Assembly: GCA_026770705.1 (NCBI GenBank)
Contig: JANJGN010000027.1
Location: 18,104,001-18,168,000, forward strand
Source of the DNA: Isurus oxyrinchus
Lineage: Eukaryota
DNA: 64,000 bases
Reading direction: 5' to 3'
The notes under the pieces: model-generated
Database searches by the model: none
What the model saw: only the letters and a program-made list of their open reading frames with translations
Told to the model about the DNA's origin: nothing
Shown: positions 47,777 to 60,911 of the stretch, piece after piece
How positions within the stretch are numbered: position 1 is the first letter of the stretch
Layout of the letters: each line of letters opens with the position of its first letter
Translations under genes and position numbers: made by a program

Positions 47777-50642
47777 GCGTTAAACAACCTGTTTAGTTCT
47801 CAGAATGGGCAGCACCTATAGTTCTCGTTCTTAAACCCGACCAAAGCATCTGAATTTGTGGAGAACTGTACACTGATGGCTAATAAAGTAGCTAAGCTAG
47901 ACAGGCACCCCATTCCAAAAATTGAAGACCTGTATGCCAAGCTGGCAAGAGGGGCAATGTACACAAAGCTTGGCATGAGTCATGCTTATCAACAATTAGA
48001 GTTGGACAATGCTTCCTGGGAATTTGTCACAATTAATACCCACAAAGGGTTGGACCAATATGCATGATTGCCTTTTGGTGTCTCCTCTGCTTGTGCCATC
48101 TTTCAGAAAACAATGGAAAGCTTACTGCAGGACCCCAGGTTCTAGTCTATTTAGACAATGCATTGGTGACAGGATTCACTGAAAAAGAGCATTTGGCAAA
48201 CTTAGATTAAGTCTTAAAACATTTCTTGCAAGCTAGAATGTGTTTAAAAAAAGAAAAGTGCACGTTCCAAGTGAGGGAGGTAATCTATTTGGGTCACTAG
48301 GTAGATTCACAGGGCTTCCACCTGTTTGAGGAGAAAGTGAGAACCATAAGAGAGGCACCTATGCTAAAGAATGCCTCAGAGCTCAAATCATTCCTAGAAA
48401 TGATCAACTATTATGGGCAGTTCTTATCCAATTTGTCTACAGTGCTGCCCTCCCTGCATTCTCTACTCAAAAAGAACCAACGTTGATCTTGGGAGGTGCC
48501 CCAGAAAGAAGCGTTCATAAAGGTGAAGCAATTGTTGCACTCGTCCAATCTATTAGTGCATTATGATCAGACGAAACAATTGGTGCTGACATGTGATGCA
48601 TTTCCCTACAGAGTGGGAGCAGTGCTCATTCATCAGGCACAGAACGGCCCACAAGGTATATATCAAGAACACCCATCATAGTGGAAAAGGGATATTCGCA
48701 GATAGAAAAAGAAGGCTTGGTATCAAGAAATTTCACCAGTATGTACACTGCCATCATTTTACAGTTGTTGGTAGGATTGTTTAGTGAGGACAATGCTATA
48801 CCACCCATAGCCTCAGCAAGTATACAGCAAAGGGCTTTAATTCTGGCACATACGAATACACTTTTGTACATAGGTCTGGCAATTGAATCGCAAATGCTGA
48901 TGCCCTTAGTCAGTTGCCTTTACAAGAAAATGATGAGGATGTCCAAGTTCCACAGGAACTTATTTTACTGTTAAATTTCTTAGATTCCTTGCCGGCATGC
49001 ACTCGACAGATCAGAGACTGGACAAGTTGGAACCGAGTCCTATCTCAAGTACAAGAACAAGTGCTTCATGGTTAGAGTATGATGAAATGGGTCTGTACTT
49101 CAACAGAAGATGTGAAAAATCCAGCCAGGATGGCACCTTAATGTGGAGAGCACAAGTGATAGTACCTCCAAAGGGAAGGGAGCCACTTTTAATTGAACTA
49201 CACAGCACGCATCCAGTAATCCCCCAAATGAAGACCATAGTACCAGCTATCTATGATGACCTGGGATGAATGGCAAAATAGAGAGTTTAGTGAAGAATTG
49301 CGTGCAATGTCAACAACTGCAAAAGTCGCCATTGACAGCTCCATTGCCTCTTGGGAGTGGCGAGATAGACCCTGGGTGTGGTTGACTACATGGGACCTTT
49401 CTTTGGAACAATGTTCTTGCTCATTATTGATGCCCATTCAAAATGGCTGGACATGTGAGCTGAAGTCACGAAAGTCGACTGCTATACTTTGAGAAACTAC
49501 GTCAAAATTTTGCCATTCACGGACTACCAGAAATAGTCGTTTCTGATAATGGCACAACATTTTACGAGTGCTGAGTTTCAACAGTTTATCAGCCTCAAAG
49601 GTATCACTCATGAAAACTGCACTGTACCATCCTTCCTCAAATGGATTGGCTGAGAGGACAGTTCAAATGTTCAAGGCAGGCATGAAAAAAGCTAACTGGT
49701 GATTCCTTGGCAACCAAGCTAGTACGCTTTCTTTTTCATTATAGGACTACCCCTCATACAGCAACATGTGCCACACCTGTAGAGTTATTATTGAAACGCT
49801 GTCTCAGAACGAGATTGAGCTTAATAATGCTAAATTTAGAGTGGAAGCTGAAAAGGAGTCAGAGAAGCCAGAAAACTAGATACGATTGGCATAGTTGCGA
49901 GGGGAACTTTACTATAGGAGAGCCAGGAGACATGAAAAACTTTGGGGAAGGACCAAAATGGTTACCAGATGAAACAAGTGCAGTGACTGGATCTCTATCT
50001 TACCATGTGGAGGTGGAAGGCCAGGTCATCTGTAAACATCTGGACCATTTAAGGAGGAGAGAGACAAATCATCTAGGTATGGTTCCACCAGTGATCATGA
50101 CTGGGCCAGCATTTCCTCAACCCAGGACTGACATGTGTGATGTCCCTGTAAGAGTTGAGGATACAGAACTGCAGATGCCCATCAAATCACCTGACGTTCA
50201 AGCAACTCTGGAAAAGGAAGTTCCTGACAAAGAATCTGAAGTTGTGGAACTGCAATGTTCCACATGTAACAGGAAACCACCTGAAAGACTGAACTTGTAA
50301 ATTCCTTACCCAGTGTAAATATCATGTTGTCTTGAAAAATATGTACTTGCAAATATAATATGTATAGCTGAGTTAAAATGGGGGGTATGTAGTAATTATG
50401 GTTTTATTTAGTGTGTAATGCACCTTTTAAGAATAATACTTGTTAAGGAAGATCACATGATCTGTAGTAACCAATAGGAGAGTAGCGCAGGCTACCTCAG
50501 CAGTTAGTGCAGAGATAGAGTTGGAGTTGAAAGCACATGTGTAGTTGCTGCTGAGTACATTGTAAATACAGTTAAAGTTTCCACCCAAGAAGTGTCTGCT
50601 GATCAACTCTCATTAATAGCACAGTCAGGCCACTCTACAACA
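47777..50642 (+). mobile_element. Gypsy LTR retrotransposon 3' half (RT-RH-IN, PPT, 3' LTR), decayed
   Basis: FSEWAAPIVLV, HPIPKIEDLYAKL..SHAYQQL..TINTHKGL, VYLDN, LVLTCDAFPYRVGAVL, YSQIEKEGL, YHPSSNGLAERTVQ, FLFHYRTTPHTAT, GPKWLP. Confidence 0.92.
50388..50642 (+). repeat. 3' LTR of the Gypsy element
   Basis: Purine-rich aaaatggggggta precedes TGTAG; ends ...ctacaaCA exactly where the CR1 RT sequence resumes. Confidence 0.75.
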
Positions 50643-53043
50643 GGAAGTGTGTTTGGCTAATTTATTGGAGCTCTTTGAGGCAGTAACAAGCAGCATGGAT
50701 AAAGGGGAACCTGTGGATGTGCTGTACTTGGATTTCCAGAAGGTGTTTGACAAGGTGCCATATCAAAGGTTATTATGCAAAATAAGAGCTCATGGCATAG
50801 AGGGTAACATATTAGCATGGATAGAGGATTGGTCAGCTAACGGGAAGGAAAGAGCAGGGATATATGGGAATTTTTCAGGTTGGCAAGATGTGGCAAGTGG
50901 AGTGTCACAGGGATCAGTGCTGGGGCCTCAGCTATTTACAATCTTTATCAATGTCTTGGATGAAGGGATGAAGGGACGAAGGCTAAATTTGCTGATGTCA
51001 CAGAGGTAGGGAAGTAAGTTGAGGAGTCTGCAAAGGGACATGGATAGGTTAAGTGAGTGGGCAAAAATTTGGCAGATGGAGTTTCATGTGGGAAAATGTG
51101 AACTTGTCCACTTTGGCAGGAAAAACAGTATGGAGAGATGAATAAATGGAGAGAGATTGCAGAATTCTGTGGTGCAGAGGGATCCGGGTGTCCTGGTATA
51201 TGAATCAGGAAAAGTTAGTATGCAGGTACAGCAAGTGATTAGGAAAGCAAATGGAATGCTGTTGTTTATTGTAAGGGGATAGGAATATAAAATTAGACAA
51301 GTTTTGCTATAGTTGTAAAGGGCATTGGTGAGACCATATCTAGAGTACTGTGCACAGTTTTGTTCTCTTTATTTAAGAAAGGATCTAAATGCATTAGAAG
51401 CCATTCAGAGAAGGTCCACGTGACTGATAGCTGGGATGGGGGGTTTATGTAATGAGGAAAGGTTGGGCAGGCTGGGCCTGTATCCATTGGATTTTAGAAG
51501 ATTGAGATGAAACTTTTGAGGGAACGACCAGATAGAGGTTGAAAGGATGTTTCCCCATGTGGAAGAGGCTAAAACTAGGGGACACAGTTCAAAAATAAGG
51601 TGTCTTCCATTCAAGGTGGGGATGAGAATTATTTCTGACGGTTGTGAACCTTTGGAACTCTTCCCCAGAGAGTGATGGAGACAGGGTCAATGAACATTTT
51701 TAAGGCAGAATTATATAGATTCTTGACTAACAAGGGAGTCAAAAGGTATTGGGGGTTGTCAGAATGTGGAGTTGAGGCCACATTCAGATCAGCCCTGATC
51801 TTATTGAATGGCGGAGCAGGCTCAAGGGACAAAATGGCCTATGCCTGCTCCTTATTTGTATGTTTGTTTGTACATATGTATTGATGGTATATTATTCCTG
51901 CAAATCAAAGAATGGTATCACCAGTGTTAATGAGCTTGGTACAGTATTGAGTTCTCTTAATCAGAAGGGCTTGACTTGATTGCCACTAAAATAGATAGTG
52001 GGAAAGCTCTAATTTAAATAATATTATACCTGTTGTCTTGAAATGTGTTCAAGCCTATGCAGTAAAAATGTGTTTCTGTCAAATCTGAGTTACAAGGCTA
52101 TAAAGTGTATTGTATATGTTGATAAATATTTGTGAAAATAACTGACATAAACAAACTTAATGACATTCAACTGAACTTAATGACAATTAAGTCATTTTTT
52201 AAAAAGCTGATTAAACATATTAATGCATTCATTTAGTTTAATTTAAGTGGGTACAAGCTTTCTTACAAATTGACTGTGGAGTGATATTGTTGATGTTCAG
52301 AAGCTCCCATTATTCTCACTGAGGTAGATGAAATGGAATTGTTTTAGTTGAAAGTTGAAGCAATCTTCAGCATTTGATTACTTAAGCATGGAATAAAAAG
52401 TGTGTGGTCAGATTTAAGAAGGTGCAACTGCGGGTCAGAGGTTGCCATGTCATTCTGATGCATATTAGAGAGGTAAATTAAATTGAGTTAATTTCATGTT
52501 TTTTTCAAATTTTCAGCTTACTAGTAGCCAAAGAAGTATGTTTTGTAAGTTATGGCTAAAGTAGAATTTTAACCTATTGCAATTTTAAGAATGCTTACTT
52601 TGACAACCCTGAATTTCAACTGTTGGCAGATACATTTTTTACACACTAAATACATATAGCTTGGTCTAATTCCTTCCACGGGGAGGAAAGTATGTTTTCT
52701 ACAAACAATAATTCTCATGTTTATAAATGTATTTGAAATATTGCTTGTCATTGAAGCCTTTATGTAGGAATGTCCATGACTGGATAAGATGACTACAGTC
52801 CATCTGGACAATTTCAGTGAGTTTGTCATCTGAAGAAATCCTACTTCAGCATTTGTCCTCCAATTCTGATTCCATTTTGTATATGTGCACTGGGATGAAA
52901 TTTGCTCCTATACAATAAGCATTGTGCAAAAATCATACCAGTGTAAAATAATCAGTTCACAATTCATAGTCTCCATTGAGCCCTCTGTAGAAGATGACTT
53001 TGTAAAAGTGCATCTCAATATTGGTAATAGCAGGGGTTACCTA

Positions 53044-53123
53044 AAATTCAACTCTTTTCTTCTCCGCCGATGCTGCCAGACCTGCTGAGTTTTTCCAGGT
53101 AATTCTGTTTTTGTTTTTGTTTT
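53044..53123 (+). mobile_element. 80-bp Penelope-like terminal fragment with an 11-bp TSD
   Basis: Matches 41905-41975; ggggttaccta repeated at 53033-53043 and 53124-53134. Confidence 0.85.
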
Positions 53124-54820
53124 GGGGTTACCTAGTGCCTGTTTTGACAGGTATTAACCTATAACTACTCATTCACTCAAATTCAGCTCAAGTCCATGCT
53201 ATTAACCTGGATGTAATCTATGAATTTCCCTTCTTTTGTTCATTTTTTAAAAAAAGGGTACTTTAAAAGATTGTATTACTTTTTTCATCATTTCAATGTC
53301 TTGTAATGCATCACTTCACTTTCCAAAAGAATGGATCCGCAGCAAACATTAAAACTCTATTTGTGAACCAACTGCTCTGCTACTGCTAGGTACAAATCTG
53401 TTTGAATACATATAATAAATCTAAAACCAAATTGAAAAGCTATATATTTCAAATATTTCTGGTAGTTATGATATTGCTTCTCGGGTATACATTCCCTAGC
53501 TGCAATTTGATCATGATTGGAGAGTATACCCATGTTTTTGTTTGGAGAAGTTAAAATACAACTTACCAATAAGATTGATTTAAGTCAATACTTTTGAAAA
53601 ATTGTAAACACAACAAACTGACAATTTCTTTTGTCCAGCTCAACTAAAGCATACAGTTGTCAAATTGAATTGCTGATATGTTCACCATTACTGACCATAA
53701 ACTAAACTTATTAAATGGCTATGACAGAGGCTTCGGCCTCTTCTAGTAAATTTTGTCTATAAAACTGATCCCATAGTTCTCTAGGGAACTGTGAGTAGGG
53801 GTCAGGCTGAGGGTATTAGACTGACAAGGTTGATGAGAACTGGACCTCACTCAAATGGACCTGAGTGCCACTTGTAGACTGAACAAGCTGAAAGATCATT
53901 TTATGAGCCACATGCTACAAGTTCTGTAAGCTGTATACACGTTGAATAAGTAATTGGCAGGTTCATGTCACAATCTAGATTAGGTTAATTTTTAACTGCT
54001 TTCTACATGGTAGGAACTTTATTCATTGTAACCACAAGTGTGATGGCAGTTTCTATTGACGCAGATTGATTCTTATTGCATTGTTGCTTGATAGCGTTTC
54101 AAATTTTTAAAAAATGTTCACAAATAAATGTAAGTAGCATCCTTTTTGTTGTAACATGAATTGAAAACAAAATTGTTAAAAACTTGACATTTTGGTCTAA
54201 ATCTGCATAGTTCATCTCTAAGTTAAATAATTTTCTCTTTGATACAGCAATATTAAGGTGTTAAATTTTCTAGAGCCCCTTTGTAGAACTGTTTTCATGG
54301 AAGTCTCTCAGAAATGGGGTTCTGCAGTGCACATTTATGTGAAATAATCAGTTATATGGGATAGGCAAGGTTTTCAGCCAAAATTCTGTTTCTGATTATT
54401 TAGCAAATTATATTTTTATAGGGAACCAATGTTGCTGTTGTTGATCATCTAATTCAGAGACCAAATGTTATAATTTATTCAAATCTAAGGTTTTTTTTTA
54501 AAGGAAACAATTAAGTTATCTTTTTTTATTTAACAGCTTGACAGGCAGCACCTGCTTCTTTATGTACAAATTCTAAATATTGTAATTTGGACCAAGTATC
54601 CATAATGCTTAGCAACAATGCAAAGAGAGGCGGTGTTACTTTGTAGCTGACATATGGATATGTTCTTTCTCTCAGTGACCAGATTTGGTTTCTGCAGTGT
54701 GCGTGAGAGGGGAAGATAAATTTTGCACCAGTAATATTATAGCTGCTCATAAATAAATGGTTACCCTTTGGTGCTTACAGTTTTCATTAAAGCGTTCTGA
54801 GCTTCGTTATTGACACCGTG

Positions 54821-54952
54821 NNNNNNNNNNNNNNNNNNNNNNNNNNNNNNNNNNNNNNNNNNNNNNNNNNNNNNNNNNNNNNNNNNNNNNNNNNNNNNNN
54901 NNNNNNNNNNNNNNNNNNNNNNNNNNNNNNNNNNNNNNNNNNNNNNNNNNNN
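54821..54952. other. Assembly gap (run of N)
   Basis: 132 consecutive N. Confidence 0.99.
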
Positions 54953-56317
54953 TGAAAACTTGAATGATTACAGCCTGTGCATATTCCCTTGAATGTCACT
55001 CAATTATCTTGCACTGTTTTCCTATTCTTTTGACCATTCCTGACACATTTTGTGTAATTTTTTTTACACCAATATAGTGTGGACAAAAGAGTGTCCTTTT
55101 TATTTTAAGGTACCTTGGTGCCTTGTTGGTTGTGGAAAGAGGCAGGGAGTATGTGAAGCTGATGGGAAGGAATGATATATGTGTCGGCTGTGTCCCAGCT
55201 CTCCTCTAGCCCATTCTCATTAATCATGGCTATTAGTGTTTTCAGGGTTGCCTTGTCTGCACAGTGCCATCAAAAAGCCAGCTTCTACATCAAGTTCCAA
55301 CCTAAAATAGGCCCTATGATATTTTCCTTACTGGTTTAAAAAAAAATTTCAATAAAACTTATTTTTGTGTTTGTTTATTTATCAGTGAATAGTTTTACGA
55401 TTGATAACTTCTATCTTATTTTTCATGCTTTCCTGATATTTTTAATTGTAGCTTATATTTTTTCTGCTTTTCCTTAATGGTTTCTCTCCCTTTTCTTCCC
55501 AAACCTACCCCTAAAATAGCATTTTTTAGTTCTGATTGCAGTATGTTCCAAGTTGTACATTTAGTCTTGAGTAATGAGAATAAACAATTTGTCACTGCAA
55601 TAACCAATGAAACTAAAAAAGGTATATGGCACAATAATAGGGGGGGGGGAGTCACATGCATTTATTAATATGTTAGCCTGCAAACATCATGATTACAAAA
55701 TTTTTGTTGCATCTACAAATTATAAGAAGCAAAATCTAGACAGTTTTAAAAATAATGTTATAGGATATTTACCAGGCTGAGATTATTGGCTACTGTAACA
55801 TTGTACAGGTTTAATTTATTAAGATGTCCTGCCTTATAATACACCATGCGTGGTATTGATTTCATGAAATTACATTAGAAAATGCAAGTAATAGAAAGAT
55901 TTTTGATCTTAATCGCTTTTGAGGTACAATATATTTTCTTGAGCTGGATGCAAGGTATGTGTGTCCAAGCAAGGCTACATATACTATGCGACACTCTATA
56001 CCATGGTGTTGCTGACCATGAGTCAGAGGATATGTTGTTTATTATAAAGAAAGGAAAGAAAGACTTGCATTTATATAGTGCTTTTCATGACCACTGGATG
56101 TCTCAAAGCGCTCTACAACTTGTGAAGTACTTTTGAAGTGTAGTCACTGTTGTAATGCAAGCAATAACTACATGGATGTTATACCATGTTTCATAAATTA
56201 ACATCTCCACCACAGTGCTGCTAAATCCCAGGATTCTCCGTTGTGCTTCAAATCACCCCTTGAAGTTCTGCCAACTTCAGGATCACTATTCCCATTGTGA
56301 ATACTTTGTGAAACAAT

Positions 56318-57011
56318 GGGCTGGATTTAATGCAACTCATTGCAGCAAGAACCATGCCGGCCAAGCCCACTTAGCCGCAGGAGATGCTGTGCATCAGTCT
56401 TCTGGCAACAACAAAACCTCCCTGATTAAATCGGAGGAGGAAGAGGCTGATACAAGATTCCCAGCTGTCACTAATGAGCCAATTAACACCCATAACCACT
56501 GAGCACACTGAAATTCAGTGATTTAATGGGGGCTGCACGGCTTTCTTGCACCCTTGGAAGGCTGCACAGCAAACTCTATTGGGTTTTCCAGTGGCCTCCC
56601 AGGGAGGGGTGGGTGGGGAGGGCAGTCCTCATAGCCAAGCACTCTGTGCCCAATTGGGGGACTCGACATCGAAAAGGGGAGTTTCACTGAAAGCCACCTC
56701 CTGCACTTATCCCCGACCTCCATCCCGCTATCATTCTTGTTTGGCTTGGAATCCCACTATGATCCTGGGCTCTGGTGGGTGCATTGTTACTAGTAGCCAT
56801 TACTGGTGGCATGAGGAGGTGCCAGCCTCTGACTGGCTGAAAGCTCTCAGCAGGCAGAATTTCTGCCACCGGGGACTTCAATCGTAGGGAAGGCCTGATG
56901 GTGGCCACTCAAGTGCCTGAAGGCACTTGATTCCACCAGACCACCCTCATGGAACTGACAGATTCTCTGACCAGTGGGTAAGACACCATTTGGTCCGACA
57001 AAATCCCAGCC
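56318..57011. mobile_element. Probable non-autonomous DNA transposon (MITE)
   Basis: GC-richer block bounded by gggctggattt ... aaatcccagcc (imperfect TIR), with aat on both sides. Confidence 0.5.
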
Positions 57012-59927
57012 AATGGGATAATGGTTTAGGTGACTGAATAAGCCAAATTGTATTTTTATTGCATGGCATTTTTAGGTTTTTACCAAGTATTCTGTCATTT
57101 TTACTTGGGATTTTAGGATAAATTCCGTGATTCTATGTTTCTGTCAAACTATTAATCAACGAGCTTTAATACTATAATTTGTTGACCCATCCACTTAATG
57201 TTATCTTTTCAAGCCCAGGTAATGCAGCAGGATGGTAAACAAATTGTACCAAATTTGAAATGGGTCCTCTTGAAGGTTTGCTCGCAATTGCCCTAACCAC
57301 GCAAAAGACCACAGATTTTTAAATGCAAATTGCATTCAACATAAAGCTAGTTTCCACAATCTTTTCTGTTACTTTTAAAAGTATCACACTAGAAGCAGAC
57401 TCTCAAAACTGGCCACGCTCCCAGGGTGAATTAGACGCCAGTGGGAATTCCTCTAATTGTGTTAATTTGCAGACCTTCGAGGAGGCTCAAACAATCAACC
57501 TGGATTCTTTAGGCACAGGTACGTAAATAGGTAGGTTTTGAACATATTTTTAAATTTATTAAGAAACTGACTACTGTACTTAAATAGTTTTGCGTATTTT
57601 TAAAGTCATTTCAGACATTTAAAATTGGGCTGCTAATAGGTGGTGGATCGACATTGATTAAAAATGTTTTTTTGTGTGCTAAACCCCTTTTTAGCTGTAT
57701 TAGTCCAACTTGGCCAAACTACATTTTAAAATGCTGCTTAATGGTTCAGGCACATTATGCATCTGGAGCATTTGTGTGGAAATGTGGAGTGAGGGGTGAT
57801 AAAAACAGTTTTCAAAATGGGCACAATGTGCGCCTGGATGAATAATTGCTCCCAAATTGGAAACTCTGCCCCCTTATATTTAGCAGTACAGGCTAGGCAC
57901 ATGGACCTTGTTAGCAGAAAGTGAAGGGGAGTACTATCTATGACAGGGGTCCTGAGGTTTCATAACGTAAGTGTGTCTGGTGCCAGGAACCCTGCGAAGG
58001 GAGGGGGTGGGATTAGATCTGAAATACTTTTGCTTAAAAAAAGACTGTTTTGCTTATCCTCTGCAGCTGGATAAATGAATAGGCTTGCACACTTGCTATT
58101 TTTTTTTGAAAGGTATTGTTGTTTGGAAACAGCTTGGATTCATACACAGAATGGCTCCCATATGACCTGAAGAATGACTGGGGGTGTTCAACTTCATTTT
58201 AAATTACCATGTGACATTTCTTTTAGTCCCTCCCCACTCTCCCTTTACTAGCTGCTTTATTAAGAAAGGTAGTGTCTTTGAAATAAATGGCCAGTTAGAT
58301 TGAGGGAAAGAAATGATAAGTACAAATACTAATCAGGCAAAAAGATTTTTTCTTACCGACGTAGTAGCCAAGAAAGCGACTGATTTTGACAATGTAATTT
58401 ACATTGTTGCACAGTATAAAACTATCACTGGCAGCTGAACTAATTTGTGTTGGATTAGGTTGTTTGTCTCAGCCCTATCTAACAATGTAATCTATCAGGA
58501 GCTGTTTTCAAATATCACTTTTCAACTGTGCCCTTGAGAGGAGAAATTGATCGGGATTATACATAACAAAATTATTTCAATAACTTCATAGAAACAACAA
58601 TTACTGAATCATACAAATGTCAGTAATTCTATAACTCAAAATCAAATGCAATGAATTAAGCTAAGTTTCTGATTTTCTTATGTGCCTGGCAGCAGATTTA
58701 TTGCTAAGTAAAGTAAAGGGGCTTGGATGACAGTTGTGCTGTTGTATTCTTGTTTTCCAATTATAAATGGGCTGGTCAATTAGTTGTCTCATTGCTTTAC
58801 TTGTTTAATTTATTTTGATTGTGCTTATCTTAAATTTAAAGAAAAAACTATAACAGATAGACACCTTGCAATTGTTTATTGGATGCTTCAGATTACATAG
58901 CAAACAAAAGCCATTAAGTACCTATTATTTTTACGGAGAGGGTACATTTTTCATTCCTCTTCTCTGATGAATTTTCAATTCTGCATCCTGGCATTGTAGG
59001 TAATTAATTGCTTTCAGTTCAGAGGAGTAATAATGCAATAAATTACACTGGTATTTCTTGTCAGGAGAGGATCATATTGCTGCTTCCGTAGTAAAGCAGG
59101 GCTAATGATGATCTACCGAGAGTCGTGAGGGTGAAAAAAAAATTACCAGGAATTAACCATTAATTCTACAATGCTTTTCACTGAAGGTGGCATAGGAAGT
59201 GTACAATGATGTATATATTGCCTTCTTGAAATGAAAGTGAAAAATGTAAGTTGAAAATATGTGTAATTTCTTTACTTTGAAAGAAATCTCTTGGCTGGTA
59301 ATAGGTATTAGTGGAAGAGTGTTCTACGTGTGGTAATGAGCTTTTGCTTTTTAACTTAATGTACTAGAGCATTATGCAGAAGACAATTTTTCACGTTATT
59401 TCATCATCTGTCCTTTCTGCTAAGTATTCCTTTTACTTGCTAACTAGTGGACTGTTACAACTTCAATTTTCCAAGCTATTTTTGCCTTACTATAATTAAG
59501 TGAACATTAGGTCCGTTTTCCATTCAAGCCAAAAGCTCGGATATTAAAATAAGTGAGAACTGAATATTGAATGGCATTTATATCTGTTCATGGCCTCTAA
59601 ATGTTTGATTTGCATAACTAGTTAAAATGATATCAGAGCAGCATATTGATTTAATTCCATCTCTGAAAACTGTTAATTAATAATGATAATAAATGTGTCA
59701 GATCGTTATTATCTGCTTTGAATTGGTGATGATGGCTATATTAGGGCCTTTCGGTAATAGACTGCAGCTGGCTTATCATTGCCTGTGCTTTTGAATAGCT
59801 GCAAATGAAATGTGGCTCCCTTGATGTGGGAAAACACCACGGAGGAGTGGTCAGAGAACTGAGGACAGCCATGGATCATACCAACTATTGAAAGATAGTG
59901 ATTAACCAGTTTTTAAAAAATGTTTTG

Positions 59928-59982
59928 CAGAAATCTATGTATAAATAATCAGAAATCTATGTATAAATAATCAGAAATCTAT
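59928..59982. repeat. Perfect 22-bp tandem repeat, 2.5 copies
   Basis: cagaaatctatgtataaataat x2 plus cagaaatctat. Confidence 0.95.
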
Positions 59983-60492
59983 CCTTGAATAAAAAATTGG
60001 GAAAAAAGCTGGTTTTAATAGACTAATGAGCTAAGATGTGACCTAATATGAGCTTTATTTATTCTACAGGAAATGGAATAACTGAATTTGTTCAAAGAAG
60101 TGGTCAGTAAGTTAACTTGACCAGAACATAATGACTATGATTTAAGCACTGTTCAACATTAAATCTTGAAGACGTACACGAGAATTTCATCAGGATTTTC
60201 ATTGTACTTTTATAAAAAAAAGTGTAAGGAAGCCTCTAGGTTGTTAAATAGAATCAGTAAAGTGTTTGATATAAAGGCTCTGTAAAACGGAATAAAGTAT
60301 GCACAATAATTTCCAATGTAATGATGTTTATGTAAATTTCCTTAATTGAGCAGGTTAGTTCCTGTTTTTAAAAAAAATGTAAAATGTGATTGCCACTATT
60401 ATGTTATTCTGACAAAAAGACTTTCATCGGATTTTGAACAAATAGTAAGGATTTTTTCTTGTATGTGCCTAATAATTTGATGTAGTGGAAAT

Positions 60493-60798
60493 TACATTGA
60501 AATGGGCTATTGCATTGCTTCTATAGATGTCTCAATAATGAGATCTTGAGACTTATATATTTAAACATGAACTGTTTATTGTTAATCTTTAACTATTTAC
60601 AGAGCCCAGACTACTGTCAAGCATGGTGCTGTTACCTCCATGCAGGCTGGCTCCAGTGTGTTCATTATAGACTGTTCTGAGTCTATTATCAGGTGACTCT
60701 ATGCATCATGCTGTAGGCAGTGCTATTTTCCAGTCCCACATTAACCCTTGCTTTGCTGAGCACTTTTACATTACAATGGCATTCAGGCATATACAACA
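60493..60798 (-). repeat. 3' LTR
   Basis: Aligns along its length with 63439-63732 (aaatgggctatt, agatcttgagactt, gcatggtgctgtta, ccatgcaggctggct, ccagtcccacattaaccctt, atacaaca). Confidence 0.9.
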
Positions 60799-60811
60799 TC
60801 CCCCTTTCTTC
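60799..60811 (-). promoter_or_regulatory. Polypurine tract
   Basis: Minus strand GAAGAAAGGGGGA abuts TGTTGTA of the 3' LTR. Confidence 0.85.
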
Positions 60812-60911
60812 AGCAAAGAAAACTTTCCTTTCCAACAGAGTATAACTATTTGTAATACAATCTTTACTTGCTATCCCTGCTCTCCCATCTCAGGTCTGTG
60901 ACTTTATAAAT

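Larger units (their letters stand above)
45184..51880 (+). mobile_element. CR1 LINE (ORF1 + APE at 45184-47480; RT and 3' end at 50643-51880), split by a composite insertion
   Basis: ORF1 start atggcagggcagg (MAGQ), esterase-like VILGDNIV..CCLPGA, APE YDLIAITETWLQ..FRKDRKLGKGGGVAL; resumes CLANLLELFE..VLYLDFQKVFDKVP..SGVSQGSVLGP. The 5'UTR probably extends to about 44740. Confidence 0.9.

Noticed and set aside
54787-54999. ORFs spanning the N run
   Set aside because: Artefacts of the assembly gap.
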